Positions 9,461 through 23,400 of a stretch of 62,451 bases of DNA are shown piece by piece. A model generated the notes under the pieces. It worked only from the letters and a program-made list of their open reading frames with translations, searched no databases and was not told the origin of the DNA. The position numbers and the translations under genes are program-made. Numbering within the stretch: the first letter of the stretch is position 1; every line of letters starts with the position of its first letter. The stretch is from Jimgerdemannia flammicorona (taxonomy: Eukaryota), in NCBI GenBank assembly GCA_003990765.1, contig RBNJ01000016.1, forward strand, positions 1-62,451. Direction: 5' to 3'.

Positions 9461-12400
9461 TATAAAGAAGTACTCTAATTAAATCAGCAGATAGATAAAA
9501 CTCTATTCAATGAACTTCTTACTCTATACCCTATAAGTCAAGATGAAGAAGGTCTTATAGAAGTCTTCTTTACTCTTCTCAACAAGAGTTTTATCAGTTC
9601 TACAAATCTGAGTGATTCTGGATAACCTGTATCTGTCTTTCTAGTCTTAGTTTCTCATAAAGTACAAGCCTCTATAGCCAAGTGGCTCAACTTTACCACT
9701 ATCACTGCATCTAAACCAAGACTACTCTATACTACCACTTTCAGAATTATAAGTCCTGCTATATTCTTAAAAAAGAAGTGAGAGAAAACCTTTGTCAACA
9801 GCCCGACCCTGAGCCAGAAGTGGGCCCAGCTAGAACTCTATCTAAACCCAAAGCTGAACCAGAATCAGCTTTTGATTTAAGTCCATCTGAAATCTGGTAT
9901 ATAACAGATGCTACCTACTTTGATTCTGAACAAATTCAGCTATATAAAGACCTAAGGAAAGAGGAGGAGTATCTTACTAAGATTGATTCTGGATATACTG
10001 TCAAAGAAGATACACCCACCTCAGGACAAAACATATCTACAGAACAACAGACAGTTATCTATCAAGCTCTTACACCAGATCTACAATAATTACTCCAACA
10101 ACTCACACAGACTCAAAGAACACCATTACACTTTGTACTAATATCTCAAGTTATATCAGTAATACTACTATCAGTAGTTCAACTACCTCTAGTAAATAAT
10201 ATAGCAAACTAACAAATCTTAGACCTCATGGCTCAGATAGTCACAATGGTAGCAACTATTACTACCTTAGCCAAATAGACCCAATCAATAAAGAGCCTGA
10301 GTCTACCTATCTTCAATAGTACTATATAAGAAGTCCAAAGCTTTATTAATATAGTAGATATCAATTTTGAAGCCAGTCAATGAACCAATGAATGAATTGC
10401 TAACTACTTTCTTTTAAATAACCAAGACCACACTATTAAGCAACTCTTTACTACTGTCATGGCTTATATCTATTGAGTTGTTACATTCTTCTGAGAGCTA
10501 GCTGAAGAATAGTAGTGAACCCTTCCTGAGAAACTTCTCATAGAGGACACCTGACCTGTGGTTATTGCCCAAAATACAGCAAATAATACCTCTGAGTATG
10601 AAGACCACCCTGTAGTCCCTGGACTCAAATAACTCATATTTGCTCAATATTGTAGTAAAACTCTGATCACTGAATCTCAAGTAAAACTCTGTAACCTCAA
10701 ATTCAATATATATAGCAAAGATGAGATTGAAACCTTCTATACAAAACTTGAGTCACTCCTGGATACTATTGGCCTAGAATATATTATCAATGACAAAGTA
10801 TGAAATAGTACAAGAGCAGACCATTTCTTTGATGCTCTACCAGAATGACTCACAAGAAAGATCCAAGAACAAGGATGCCTTATTAGTTGTAATTACTAAC
10901 AATAGTACCTGGTGAGAATTAAGACTTTGGTCAAGTGAATCTTAACAGCTGGACCAATTCTGCCTCAAAAACAATTCAATAATAAGGAAAAATCTTGGAC
11001 TAAGAAAGAAGAACCCAAGTAGAAGCATCTTGAGCTCCTTCCATATCTACCTCTTAGACACTCCAAAATTCTGAACTCACTCAGTGGAATATCTTCAAGA
11101 AACTCACTAATAGAGAAAGAAATGAACTCTGAAGAAGCAGAGTATACTTCTATTACTAAAAGACAGAATACATGGCCAGTGTCAGTTCTAATCAAAAATT
11201 CTGAACAACAACATGAGCAACTTTTACCACTCTCTACCACTTCAACAATCTGACTATAAGAATACTAGATTTTATCAAGTTAAGGACAACAGCTATGACC
11301 CCAATCAAAGGAAGTCAAAAAACAGCTATATATAATTATATACCACTGAAGAAGCTACTGTTTCTAACTGAGAAATTAAACAAGTCTATATAGGAATCAG
11401 TATACAGATTCCTGAAGGATATGTTAGAAGAATATACTGTTATAGCAGCCTAGTATTAAAAGGACTCTCAGTAGAAGAAGGTGTCATTGGTGAAGATTAT
11501 ATAAGCAAAAACATTGTCCTCATTTGAAACCATAGTTGGATACCATTCAAGATCCCTATTGGGTACTGCATTGCTTAGATCCTATTCAAGAAAATTGAAT
11601 CTACCTTGATAGTTATGGAAGTTTCTGAACTATGTACTACCTACTATCTGAGGTTCTAAAGGATTTAGTTCATCAAACAAAGTCCTACTATAAATAAGGA
11701 GGAATAGTTCTACAGAAAAATTGAAGATAGATTTATATCAAGTAGCTAATACCTCCATGAAATTGAAATGAACTCTTCTTGAATGATGGATGATTGCTTC
11801 TTTTGTATCAATGAACTGGCCCAATGGAGAGTCAACAGAGAAAACCTCCTATAATAGAAATCACCACTATTGGATCAGACAAACTGTTTCCCCTCCAAGC
11901 TTTTATTAATCAGGCTCCTATCAAGATCATGATTGACAGTAGTACCTCAGGCAATTTTATCAATGAAGAAACAGCCAACAGACTTAAAGTTCTGAACTCT
12001 CTGGTACAATAAACTCAAACAGTCGCTACTGTAGATAGAACCTCATATATCATTAGTAAGGAAGTCTACAATCTACTCTTTAGAATTAGTGACTACTATA
12101 TACATGTTACTATCCAAATTATACCACTTTCTGACAATGAGATCATCCTTGGGATACCATGATTAAAACAAGAGAACTCAGTAATTGATTGGATAAACCA
12201 TTCTCTAACTATCAAGAAAGAACACCACAACTTCAAACTATAAGGTGAAAATGACCCACTTAGCTCTAGTGAGCCAGGCTCAAAGATCACCCACATCAAC
12301 TAACTACAACTCAAGAAACTAGCAAAAAGGTGCTCTCTCTTTGCTATCTCTATAAGGCTATCCAAAGGAGAATCTGAGAACCTTGAAGAAGACTTTTCTA

Positions 12401-14478
12401 AAGTCAACAGCTATATTAGGCCCTTACTCCAGAAATTTCAAGACATATTTTCAAAGAAATTTTCAAAAGATCTACCATCTAAATGAGCAGTTGACCATGC
12501 AATCAAAACTATTCCAGATATCAAGCCAGCCTTTAAGTTAATTTATCACATAGCTCCTAGGGAAATCAATATACTCAAGAAGGAGATTGATGAGCTTTTA
12601 GGACAAATATTCATTAGACCTAGTATATTACTATATAGAGCACCCATCCTCTTTGTTATTAAGAAAAGAGAAGATCTCTGAATATATATTGATTACCAAG
12701 ACCTCAATGAGTAGACTATCAAGAACTGTTGTCCACTATCTCAAATTGATGAAATATTTGATAAGCTTACCAACCCACAATTTATAAGCTCCTTTGATAT
12801 ATAAAATAGTAACTGGCAAACTGCCATAAAGGAAGAAGATATCTACAAAACTTTCTTCCAAACTTGCTATAGACATTTTGAGTTCCTGGTTATACCCTTT
12901 GGTATAACTAATACTTCTGCAATCTTCCAGACTCTGATGAATACTACCCTATACCTATTCCTAGAAAAATTAATTATTGTCTATATTATTGACATCCTAG
13001 TCTTCAGCAAAACCCTGGAGGAATATCTTGAACATAATGAACTAGTACTACTGAAGCTTCAAGAAAACTGACTCTTTATTAAACTTAGCATATATGAATT
13101 CCTCCTAAAAGAGATATAATTTCCTAAATACATCATCACTCCTAATAGAATCAAAGTAAACCCTAGCAAAATCTATACAATTAAAGAATGACCCAGACCC
13201 AAAAAGCTAAAAGACCTCTAGTCTTTTCTAGGACTAGTAAACTATTATAGACAATTTGTTACAAACTTTGCTAAGATTGCCACCACTCTTATCTAACTAA
13301 CTAAGTATATCAAAAAGGAAAGAACAACTCTATACCACAAAGCAGGAAAAAGATTTCAACAATCTTGTTAAATGGAGACCCAAATAAGATATAGCCTTTT
13401 AAGTACTAAAAGATACCCTGATAACTACTCTAGTACTTCAAGCAGTGAATCCTGCTCTACCATATAAAGTTACCACTGATATCTCTGATATAGCTCTTGG
13501 AGTAGTACTTATATAAGAAGAACACCCTGTGGCCTATTATTCTTATAAGTTCAATGATGTCAAAAAACCTATGAGAAAGAAATATTAGCCATCATAGACA
13601 CTCTGATCAAATTGTGTCTATATTTCAAAGAAGCATACTTCAATATATTAATAGACTATAAATCATTGGTCAATATCAAGACCCAGGCTACCCTTTTACA
13701 AAAGTAAGCCAGAGAGATAAAAGTTCTTACAAATTTTGACTATAAAATCCAATACCACTATGGTAAGAAAAATATTATTATTGATACAATCTCCAGACTA
13801 CCAATTAAAGAAGTTATACAAACTCTCACCTTGGTTATCAACTCTATCATGATACAAATTATTGCAGCATTCACTAATGATAAAGAAGTTCAAGCACTCT
13901 GAGAAATCCTAAGTAGTAATGATATTAGCAAGTACTCTCAGTACCATCAATACTAATGGAAGAACAATGCTATCTATCATAAGAATTGATTATATGTCTC
14001 TAATAATCAAGACCTCTGAAGGATAATTCTGTTTGAATATTATAATACTCTCATAGCTAGATATCTAGGATTTGAAAAATACTATGAAGTTATTTCTTAA
14101 AACTTCTATTGACCTTATATGGCAGATCAGTTAAAGATATATTACTTCCTGTAATACCTACCAATGTAATAAGTTCTCAACTCTAGCAAAATCTAGATTA
14201 CTCTACTCTATTTCAGTACCTTCTACTAATTGGAAATAAATCTCAATAAACTTCATTATATAACTATCCTGAACCAAGAATGAAAAAGATGCAATTGTTG
14301 TCTTCATAGACTATCTTAGCAAATAAGCCTACTTCATACCTACTATTATAACTGCAACAGCACCTGAAATTACTATACTCTTATTTGTCAACATCTTCTG
14401 CTATTTTGGTCTTCCTAAGATCATTGTTAGTAACCAAGATCTGAAATTCATCAGACATTTTTAGAAAGCTCTACATGT
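9461..14478 (+). mobile_element. Heavily mutated chromovirus-like Ty3/Gypsy element B (gag, dUTPase, PR, RT, RH, partial IN), truncated by element C
   Basis: IMIDSSTSGNFI protease (~11930); VDHAIKTIP...IRPS...APILFV...IDYQDLNE RT (~12490-12720); integrase core up to 14478. Confidence 0.88.
11290..11680 (+). pseudogene. dut: dUTPase relic of element B, upstream of the protease
   Basis: IGISIQIPEGY...SSLVLKGLSVEEGVIGEDY...IA*ILF...GSKGFSSS. Confidence 0.75.
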
Positions 14479-15319
14479 TGTCAAATAGTGGTCACTGAGT
14501 CCTTCAAATACACTAGATTCTCTTCAAGGTGTATCTCTTAGACTAACTCAAGTTTGTTATAAACAAGTTCTTATTAGAGTGTCTTCCCAAGGTCTTATAG
14601 TCCTCAAACTTCTTATCTTTAACTGTCTTGTTATCTCTTAGATTGCTTGTAAGGAAGTGTGTGTATTATACTGAGTAGACTGACTTTATTTCAGAGGAAA
14701 TAAGAGGGGTATTTATACAAAATATAATTCAATGGTTGCTAAGATATAAAGCTAAATATAAATTCCAATAACTAAAATAAAATGCCAGGACAGGAAAACT
14801 GCTAAGTTCCAGGGTCAGCACTGATGGTTGTACAGGTTCAGGATGCTGGTATAATTCGGTAATACATCAAATGACAGTGCTGGAACAATTTCACATCACC
14901 TCAGAATATCAGTGCTGGCATTATTCAGTGTAACCAAGAGACTTAGAGCAGAATGTTCAAGACCATGGGGGCTTCATCTTCATCATTAGAGGTCAGGATA
15001 TCTTCGAAGGAGATGAGGTCTGCGAATTTGTCATGTAGGTCATGTGTATGTTGATGTCACGTGGGATGATGGCATCACCAATGACATCATCACGTTCAGT
15101 GGCAGGGAAATTGGGAACAAGGAGATCTGGAGCTCTCCAGTCTATAAGGTTCTCTTCCACAAAATAGGGAACAAATGTGGGATCTTGGGGAGGTCTAATC
15201 TGGATGCTTGGGCCTTGGAATACTGAGATCAATCCTTGCAGGAATTGGTCTGGGTTGTCCTGAAGGATGGGATGCCAGAAGTCTTCTACTTTGTCACTAT
15301 TGAGGGTGATGGTGGACAG
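14479..15319 (-). repeat. 3' LTR of C (portion shared with the 5' LTR; may extend to TGTCAA at 16204)
   Basis: Direct repeat with 27629-28504; the TGTCAA...TTGACA terminal match is the only basis for the 16204 extension. Confidence 0.85.
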
Positions 15320-15758
15320 CCACCTTGGCTTCTAGTGCATTGATACAGTGGGATGACAGGTCTCTGAAATCTGAGACTGTAACATACTCTAAGTTGGGAA
15401 TTGACTATGGTGTATGCCTGAAGATCTGATGAATCTTCTTAGCTGTCCTCATTTCATGTATATCCATGGGAGTAGCATCTTGTAGCTCTTGAGTGCTGGC
15501 CTGTGGGAACTCCCAGCAGAAGAGGTTTCCTATTTTGTACTCCTGCCACATTTGGAGGCATTCAGTAGCAATGGTGATCCTCGTTTCCATTTTACGATAG
15601 TAGAGGATATAGTGATAAGGGTCACCAGTACCCAGGTTGACACTAGGAGTCCTTCTTGAGTGGGTTCTCATGGCTCTTCTGATGTCTTGAAATATCCTTT
15701 CTTTGACTGAGATGCCTTGATGGTTCCTTGACCTTGAGGTTTGGCAAGCAGCAGGCAT
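14943..15758 (-). pseudogene. Accessory ORF of element C, running into LTR sequence
   Basis: MPAACQTSR...WQEYKIG...KIHQIFRHTP*SIPNLEYVT, then an acidic tail (...DEDEAPMVLNILL) after a frameshift near 15320. Confidence 0.75.
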
Positions 15759-16364
15759 TTTGTTTGTGGTAAGTCTTTGAGCTATTTTGAGATTGGTGGG
15801 TCTTGTTGGTTGCTGCTACTGTGGTTCCTTGATCCTTCTTTTATATTCCTCAAGATACTATACTGTGGTCACAATGACTCACAGTTGGTCATCATTGCTC
15901 ATCTCATATGCCATATGATCTTCTTGTGCTCCGATCTAGTGGCTTACAAGGAAAGACTGTCTCCTGTGCTAGTCATCATTCTGGGATCACTATTATATCT
16001 TCCTCCTGAATAAGGATCTTCTTGAGCATCCTTATTCATTGGTCCAGTCCTGAAAAATTTGCTGATCCCATAACCTTTGGCAAGAGGTCGAAAAGTGGTA
16101 TTTATGGGCTGGTATCTTTCTTTTATATTTTGGCATGATGGTGAAGGGTCACTCCCTTCATATAGAGTAAGGGCCTAATTCTAATTTTGACCAATCAGTT
16201 GACAGTTCAAACTCCTCTGGTTTCGAAAGTCTTATGGATGAGTAGTTGCTAGTACTGTATTCCTTAGAGAATGATCCAGACAGATAGCCTGCTGGTCATA
16301 GGACATGCTGTTATGATTCGCAGACTAGAACCTCACAGGTGGTTATCATATTTTACTTCTCTTG

Positions 16365-19045
16365 TATAGGTTCATGGTACTTCTGGAGTCTGTTCCTGTG
16401 TACTGTGGTAGGCAGTATGGTCCCTGAGATCTTTCTAAGGCAGAAGGTAGTTCCCTTGATATCTTGCACATAGAAGGGTCCTTCCCATTTGGGCTCCAGT
16501 TTTCATGACTTTGAGGCTTCTACCATATTTTGATACAGTAGGACCTTTTTTCCAATTCGGATGGATTCTAGGGTCTTGTGATTCTTTTCCGCATTCTTTC
16601 TTATCAGCACTTGTAACTTGATAATGTAATCTTCAGACTTCTTCCTGATTTGGTGTAGCCACTGGATTTCTGCATCAACCCATCTCCAAGTTAGGTCTAG
16701 ATTTATAGCTGAGGTTCCATCAGAATCTTCTTCTCTGAAGAGCAGTTCCCTTGTGGTAAAGTGTGTACTCTGTGACTGTATATCTCATAGAACAGAGAGG
16801 GCAGTGGGGAGATAATTATCCAAACTCTCATATGTTTCTGAGATCTTTGCCAGAATGTTCTTAAAGGTCTTGTTGGTTCTCTCTATCTGTCCATTTCCTT
16901 GAGGGTGGTATGCAGTGGTCTTGATATACTGGATCTTGTATTTCTGATACATTATCTCATGGAATCCATTGACAAATTCTATGCTGTGGTCTGTTGCAAT
17001 TTGCTTTGGTGTCTTGTAGCAGCAGATGATTTCTTGGTGCAGGAAGTCAGCTATAGAGAGGGCATTGGCTTCTTGTAATGCTCCTGCCTCTATCCATTTG
17101 GTGAAGAGGTCTATAATAACTAAATATAGTGGTTCCCGATAGTATTACTGGTAGTGGTCCAATGATATCTATTGTGATGTGGTGGAAGGAGATAGGCCCA
17201 ATTTTTGATAACCTGGATGCCTGGTCTTGCTGATCTTGTTTCTGTTTTTGATACTTGTCATACTCTTTGACAAATTAGTGCATGTCTTCTTCTATCTTGA
17301 GCCACCACATGGTTCTTCTTGCTTTGTCATATGTGTTGGTTCCTCCTAGGTGTCCTTGCTCGTGTACTTCCTTTATTACTTGATACTTCTTGTGTTTAGG
17401 TATTACTAGCTTTTCTTCTTTTCTGAGTATAGTGTTGTCTAGTTCAAACTGTTTCCAAGTCCAGTTGATGATAGTGATTGTCCAGGGTTTGAGGTGGTTG
17501 GGCATCTTCCGCTGTCCAAGGTAGCTGATTAATCCATAGTATAGCTCCTTATTCATGTTGAATAGCCTTGATGGGGGTGTTTCAGAGTGTTCTTGAGAGT
17601 GCATCAGCATTGGTGTTGGTTCTTCCTGAGTAGTGCTTGATAGTACAGTTATACTCTTGCAGTCTGTAGATCCATCTGATATATATTCCTTTGGGGTTCA
17701 GAGTGTGGAATAGCCAGGCAAGAGCGGAATGGTCTGTTTGAATGGTGAAGTATTTCCCAGCTAAGTAGTAGTGGAACTTGTCTACTGCCCAAACTACTGC
17801 TAAGCATTTGAGCTTATATGACTCATAGTTCTGTTCTGCTTCACAGGTACCTCAGCTTGCATAGGAGATGACATATTTATGTCCATCTTTCTTCTGAGCT
17901 AGGACTGCTCTAAGTCCTACAGCACTTGCATCTGTCTGCAGGATGAATTCTAGGTTCCAATCTGGTCTTTTGAGGATAGGTGCTTGGGTCAACCCGGTCT
18001 TGAGTTTATTGAAGGTTTCTTGGTGTTCCTTGGTCCATTCAAATTTAGTTTCCTTCTTCAGTAGCTCATAGATAGATACTGCAATATTGGAGTATCCTTT
18101 GATGAATCTTCTGTAGTAGCTGACCAGTCCAAGGAAGGCATGGACTTCTGTGGTTGTTCTGGGTCTCAGGTAGGCTGCAACAGCCTCAATCTTCATGGGG
18201 TCTGTGTGGATTCTGGTCTGGTTGATGAGGTGTCCTAGGTAGGCGATTTCTTGAGCTACAAACTTGCATTTATTGTGCTTGATGTTGAGGCCATGCTCCT
18301 TGAGCTTCTTGAGGGCTAGCTGTATGTGATTGATATATTCCTGTGCAGTATTGCTGAAGATGATCACATAATCAATATAGACAAAGAGTCATTTTCCAAT
18401 CTCATTGCTGAAGACTCTATTCATCATTCACTGAAAACTTACTGGGGCATTGCACATTCCAAATGGCATTCGCAGGTAGATATAGGTGGCATCAGGTATA
18501 ATGAAGGCTGATTTCTCACTGGCATCTTGAGTGAGACCAATCTGATGGAAGCCTGAGAACAGATCCAGGGTGGTGTAGTATTTGGCTTTGCTTCCAAGGG
18601 TAGTAAGGATTTCTTGAATATTTGGCAAGGGCTGCCTATCCTTCTTGGTGATGGCATTGAGCTTCCTGTAGTCAATGCAGAGTCTTGGCACAAACTCTCT
18701 AGGCTTGCTTCCTTTCTTCAGGGCAAGGACAATAGGTGAGGCCCAGGGGCTGATAGCTTGCTTGATGATTCTGGCTTCTTCCATTTCCTTGAGTTCTGCT
18801 CACAGCCATTCTCTGTAGGCAGGTGGTATGGGTCTGGCTTTCTGGTAGATGGGCTTGATATCACCAGTGTCAACTTCAAAATAGTACTTGGGTTCTTGAT
18901 TGTGGATATCCCTGAAGTCTGTAGCAAGTACTCCTTCATTCTGGTGCAGGATCTTGAAAAGTTGTTCTTCCAGGGGAAAGTTTTCTCCAATAGTGTATGT
19001 GGGCTTGTTCTGGTCCTTGTCTTTCTTGTGCTCAAGTTCAGTCAT
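16365..19045 (-). pseudogene. pol: Element C RT-RNase H-integrase
   Basis: SPWASPIVL, CIDYRKLN, TTLDLFSGFHQI, TDASAVGL, HEQGHLG, TTAYHPQGNGQIER, KLEPKWEGPF motifs. Confidence 0.93.
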
Positions 19046-19079
19046 CTTGGTGGCAGCATAGGGTCCTCTTCCAGTAGAT

Positions 19080-19773
19080 CTAAAGCCTTGTTCTCCTCTC
19101 TTGGTCTTGATGAGTTTGATGGCTTCTATGATCTGGGCTTCTTGATTTCGTGGATCAGCATCTGGCCAATCCTGTCATGCTTCTTGACTTCGAATGGGGT
19201 GGTGGGGTTGTGATTCCTGACTATGAGAAAGATCTCGCCAGTGTAATCAGAGTCAATTACTCCTCCTTCAACTGAGATTTCGCTTTTGGTCAGACTGCTC
19301 CTGGTCTTGATAATTCCGGCATAGTTTTCTGGCAGCTTGATTCCAATTCCAGTGCCAAGTAGAGTGGTGGTCTGTGGTTTGAGGGTAGCATCTTGAATGC
19401 TGGCAAGGTCCATTCCTATGCCTCCTTCAGTCTTGTATTCTGGGATCTTGGCTTCTGGGTGAAACTTCTTGACCTTGAGGGTGATGTCTGATTCTTGTTT
19501 CTCCTTGTCATCACTGTCAGCCTGAAGCTCTGGGGGCTGGTCATCTTCTTCAGCTTTCCTTTTTGCTTTGGCAGCTTCTTGCTCATGTTTCTGTTGGCAG
19601 ATTTTTCTGACTTCACTGATACAGGACCAGTAGTCATTCAGGTGTTCAGAGCAGTACATCCTAGTACCATGGGGGCATCTTCCTTGAGGGGCATAGCCAT
19701 CGATGATCTTGTTGTACCACTGCTCATCTGTGAGCTTGGGTGTCTTGTTCTTGTTCTTGTTCACTGGGTGCAT
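19080..19773 (-). CDS. dut: Element C pol segment with dUTPase
   Basis: GIGMDL, IKTRSSL, GGVIDSDYTGEI, DRIGQM; C-terminal motif after a frameshift. Confidence 0.9.
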
Positions 19774-19869
19774 GAAGACCTCTGTGTCCTCTTCATCTCC
19801 TTCCTCTATGTCTGGTAGAACTTCTTTGTGGACATTGATAGAGACTCATACCTTTCTTCCTCTATAGTT

Positions 19870-20200
19870 GATCTGCATCTTCTGGGCATTGAGGTCAATA
19901 ATGGCCTTGGCCTTGTGAAGCCATTAGTTGCCAATGAGGATGTCATAGTTGGTGGTGCTTGTAACAATCATGTCTACTGAGATGGTAGCTCCTCCTATCT
20001 TGATGGGGACTTCTCGAATTTTGCCAAGGGAGGTAGCTCATGTACCATCTGCTATAATATAGACCATCTTGGTGGACTCTTCAATGTCCCAACCTAGGTG
20101 GTCAATTGCCTTCTTGCTCATGAGGCATCCTCCAGCACTGGTATCAATGATGGCATCAAAGATACAGTCTTCGATCTGATATGGGGTATAGGTTGATATC
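19870..20200 (-). pseudogene. Element C aspartic protease
   Basis: FDAIIDTSAGGC...NYDILIGN*WL. Confidence 0.8.
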
Positions 20201-20379
20201 TTGCACTGGTCTTCAGATTCTTCACCTGAGTTTTTGGATTCTTTCTATATTGTGAGCTTCTACATTCTTATACACTTGATTCTTAGTGGTAGTTGCAAGT
20301 CCTACTCTCAACTGCTGTCTGAAGGCAGGGACTTTGGCTAGCTGTCCAAAGGTAGCATTGACCTTCTGTTCCTTGAGGT

Positions 20380-20381
<2 letters not shown>

Positions 20382-20444
<63 letters not shown>

Positions 20445-23400
20445 GTCACTTGGACTTCCTTCCTTTATTATACCCATCTACCATATAAATACAGTGATCC
20501 CACCCCCTATCCAATCCCCCTAGGGGGGCCCCCCCTCCTTACCCCTACCTGATAAAAGGCCACTTTGTTGAACACTATCTCTACCCTCCCACCACTCTGC
20601 TCACAGATCCTTGCCACCAAATTGTGTCGTTGCCCCCTCTGAGGACCCCAACCCACCCACCATTCAGTCAGCAGATCCCCCAACAACTTCTCCCACCATA
20701 ATACCTTCTTCTGTAGCCCCATCTGCCACCCCTCCTTGAATACAAAAAGCCAATGTCCAGCCAGTCCCACTCACACTGCTAATACCCACCCTATAGTGAG
20801 CCAACTATCACCTACACCACCCACTAGCTGAGATCTCAAGTCCTCCCAGCGGCCTCCCTCACCCGCTGGCCTTTGCTCCACACCCAGTCTATTCTCTATT
20901 TCTATCCAAAAGTCCCCCAAAACCTCACACTCTCCCAGCCAATGTTCTGGCATCTGCACAAGTCCCCCAGCTTGCTCTACATTGTAACACTCCTTACAAT
21001 TGAAATGGCCACCATCCACTAGATGCCCAGTGCAGAAATTCAACATGACATTTCTCCACAACATTCACCACCATACCACCCAGAACTTGGGAGGAAGCCA
21101 CCTCTGTATCTCAGCACTCTAAGACCAGCTACCTGCCCAGTCCCACTCCTCACTAATCCCTGCTGCCTGCCAGCCACTTGGCCAAAGATCCTGGCCAAGA
21201 CCCTGCTGACACTCCACTCTATCCCCAATTCAAACTCAGTAAGTGAAGCCCCCCCCAGGAGCAGTCTATCCCATCACCACATATCTGGACCCCATATCAC
21301 CTCCCCCTTATTGCCTTGCCAGCGCAGGCCAATTCAGTGAGCTCCATCAACCACCCCCCACCAAAAGCCCTTAAACCACAGCCGCCGATTTCCATTCAGC
21401 CCAACCAAAGAGAGCAGATCTCCTGAGGACCCTCAAGGGGAGGTTCTCATCTCCCATACCTTCTGCAGCAGTGGCACCCAACTCCCTCCCTGCAGGTCAG
21501 CAGCACTCTTCAACCACCAGGCTTGTAAGCAGTATAACCTCTTAGGGAAATCCACAAGGCCAAGACCTCCCCTGACCACTGGTGTTACAAGAGTATCCCA
21601 ACTAATCTGGGACCTCCTCCCTGCCCAAATCTAATATCTAGCCACCTTCATAGCCTCTTCACCACCCAAGCTGGGAAGTCTAGGTGATAGGCCACATACC
21701 ATAGCTTGGAGAACCAGTAGACATTCAGAATAGACACCTGCCCTGCCAGAGAGATATGGTGGCCTCCCCAACCTCGAAGGGCCTTCCCCCAAATGGTCAC
21801 CCTGCTCTCCCACCACACTTATGACAAGACAGAACCATATACAGAAAGGAAGATTCCCAGATACCACACCACCTCGTCAGTAGGGACAATTGTTCCAATG
21901 ATGTCCCCACCCACTAGCCCATTCTCTAGCACCATTGTTTCACACTTATGCCAGTTGAGCTTTACCCCAGAGTGAGCTTCATACCATTCCACTGTCCTCT
22001 TAAGTGCCTCAACATCTGCCACAGACCTAAGCCCAACCACCATGTCATCAGCAAAGGCCCCCACCTTCTACACTATACCATATATAGAGAGCCCTTCCAC
22101 CTTCCGGCGAATTCTATCCATCAAAGGATCTAATGAAAGGGCATAGAGAATAGGGGACAGAGGGTCCCCCTGAGGAACTCCTCTACCCAAGGAAAATGCC
22201 AGACCTCAGTGACCATTACACATTAGCACTACCCAACTGCTCTCTAGCAGATTCAATATAGAAGCCCGAAATCCTGAGGGAACATCAATTCGATCCAATA
22301 CCTTGCCCAGCCAAACCCACTGTACATGGTCATAGGCCTTCTCCTGGTCCAAAAAGACCAACCTTCCATCCAGTCCATAAGCCCGGACCCCTTCAATGAC
22401 ACCATGCACCCATGCAGTCCCATCCCATATAAGTCTGCCCCCAACAAAGTCCTACTGCTCCTCTCCTAGCACCTGTTGGGCAACTTTCTGCAGCCTTGTG
22501 ACAATCACCTTAGTCACCATCTTCCTGTCCATATCCAGAAGTATGATCGGTCTCCAATTCTTCCAGTCTTCCCTCCTCCTCTTGTCTTTGTACAATAAGA
22601 CCACCAGCTCAAGGTCCTGCTCTCCAACCCACTCACCACTCTGAAGAACATGGTCACAGAGAGCAGCCATCTCACCCAAAACTCCAGGGTCCTTTACCAT
22701 CTTCTTCCAGAAGTCCCACAGTAACCCATCCTCCCCTGGCTCCATTCCAAGCTTAGTTGCCACAAGGACACTCTGGATCTCCTCTTCCTGCACTGGTAAG
22801 ATCAAGTCACCCAGTTCTGCTACTTGCAGCAGCCTCCACTCCTCTAGTGTATCTTCAATTCCTTCCTCATCAGCACCCCCTTCCCCCTCACTCCACAAAC
22901 TCTGCCATCTCTCCTTCAAAACCTCTAAGATTTGTTGTGTGCCATGCACCATGTCCCTCTCAGCATCTAAGACCCCATCTCACTGATAGTGCACCCTCCT
23001 AGCTTTGAGGAGTCTTGACAAGTACCTAGTAGGCCATTCACCCTCCTCAAGCCCCTGCCACCATAGCCTGGCAGCCATACTGTGCATATGAGTCTCCTCC
23101 TCCTCTCTCAACACCTGTTGCAGTTCCACTATCTCCAATTTCGCCTGCTCTATCCTCCAATCCTCCACCCCATCAGAAGTAAGCAAATCTGCCCAGTCCA
23201 CTTGTAGTCTCCTCAGCCTGCTGGAAGCACACCTCATGCGCTTCCTCCTCTGTCTCCCAGCTTCTCTACCAGCTCCTCCCCAATAGACCCTCACAGCCTC
23301 TTTCAATCTCATCCAATGGATACCTACAGACAAACCCTCATGCCTCTAGACAAAAACGTTCACCTGCATGTCCTCCATCCATGAGTCTCACAACCCCTTC

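Noticed and set aside
20222-20552. Poly-Lys / poly-Phe ORFs (also 43088-43324)
   Set aside because: Translation of LINE poly(A) tails.
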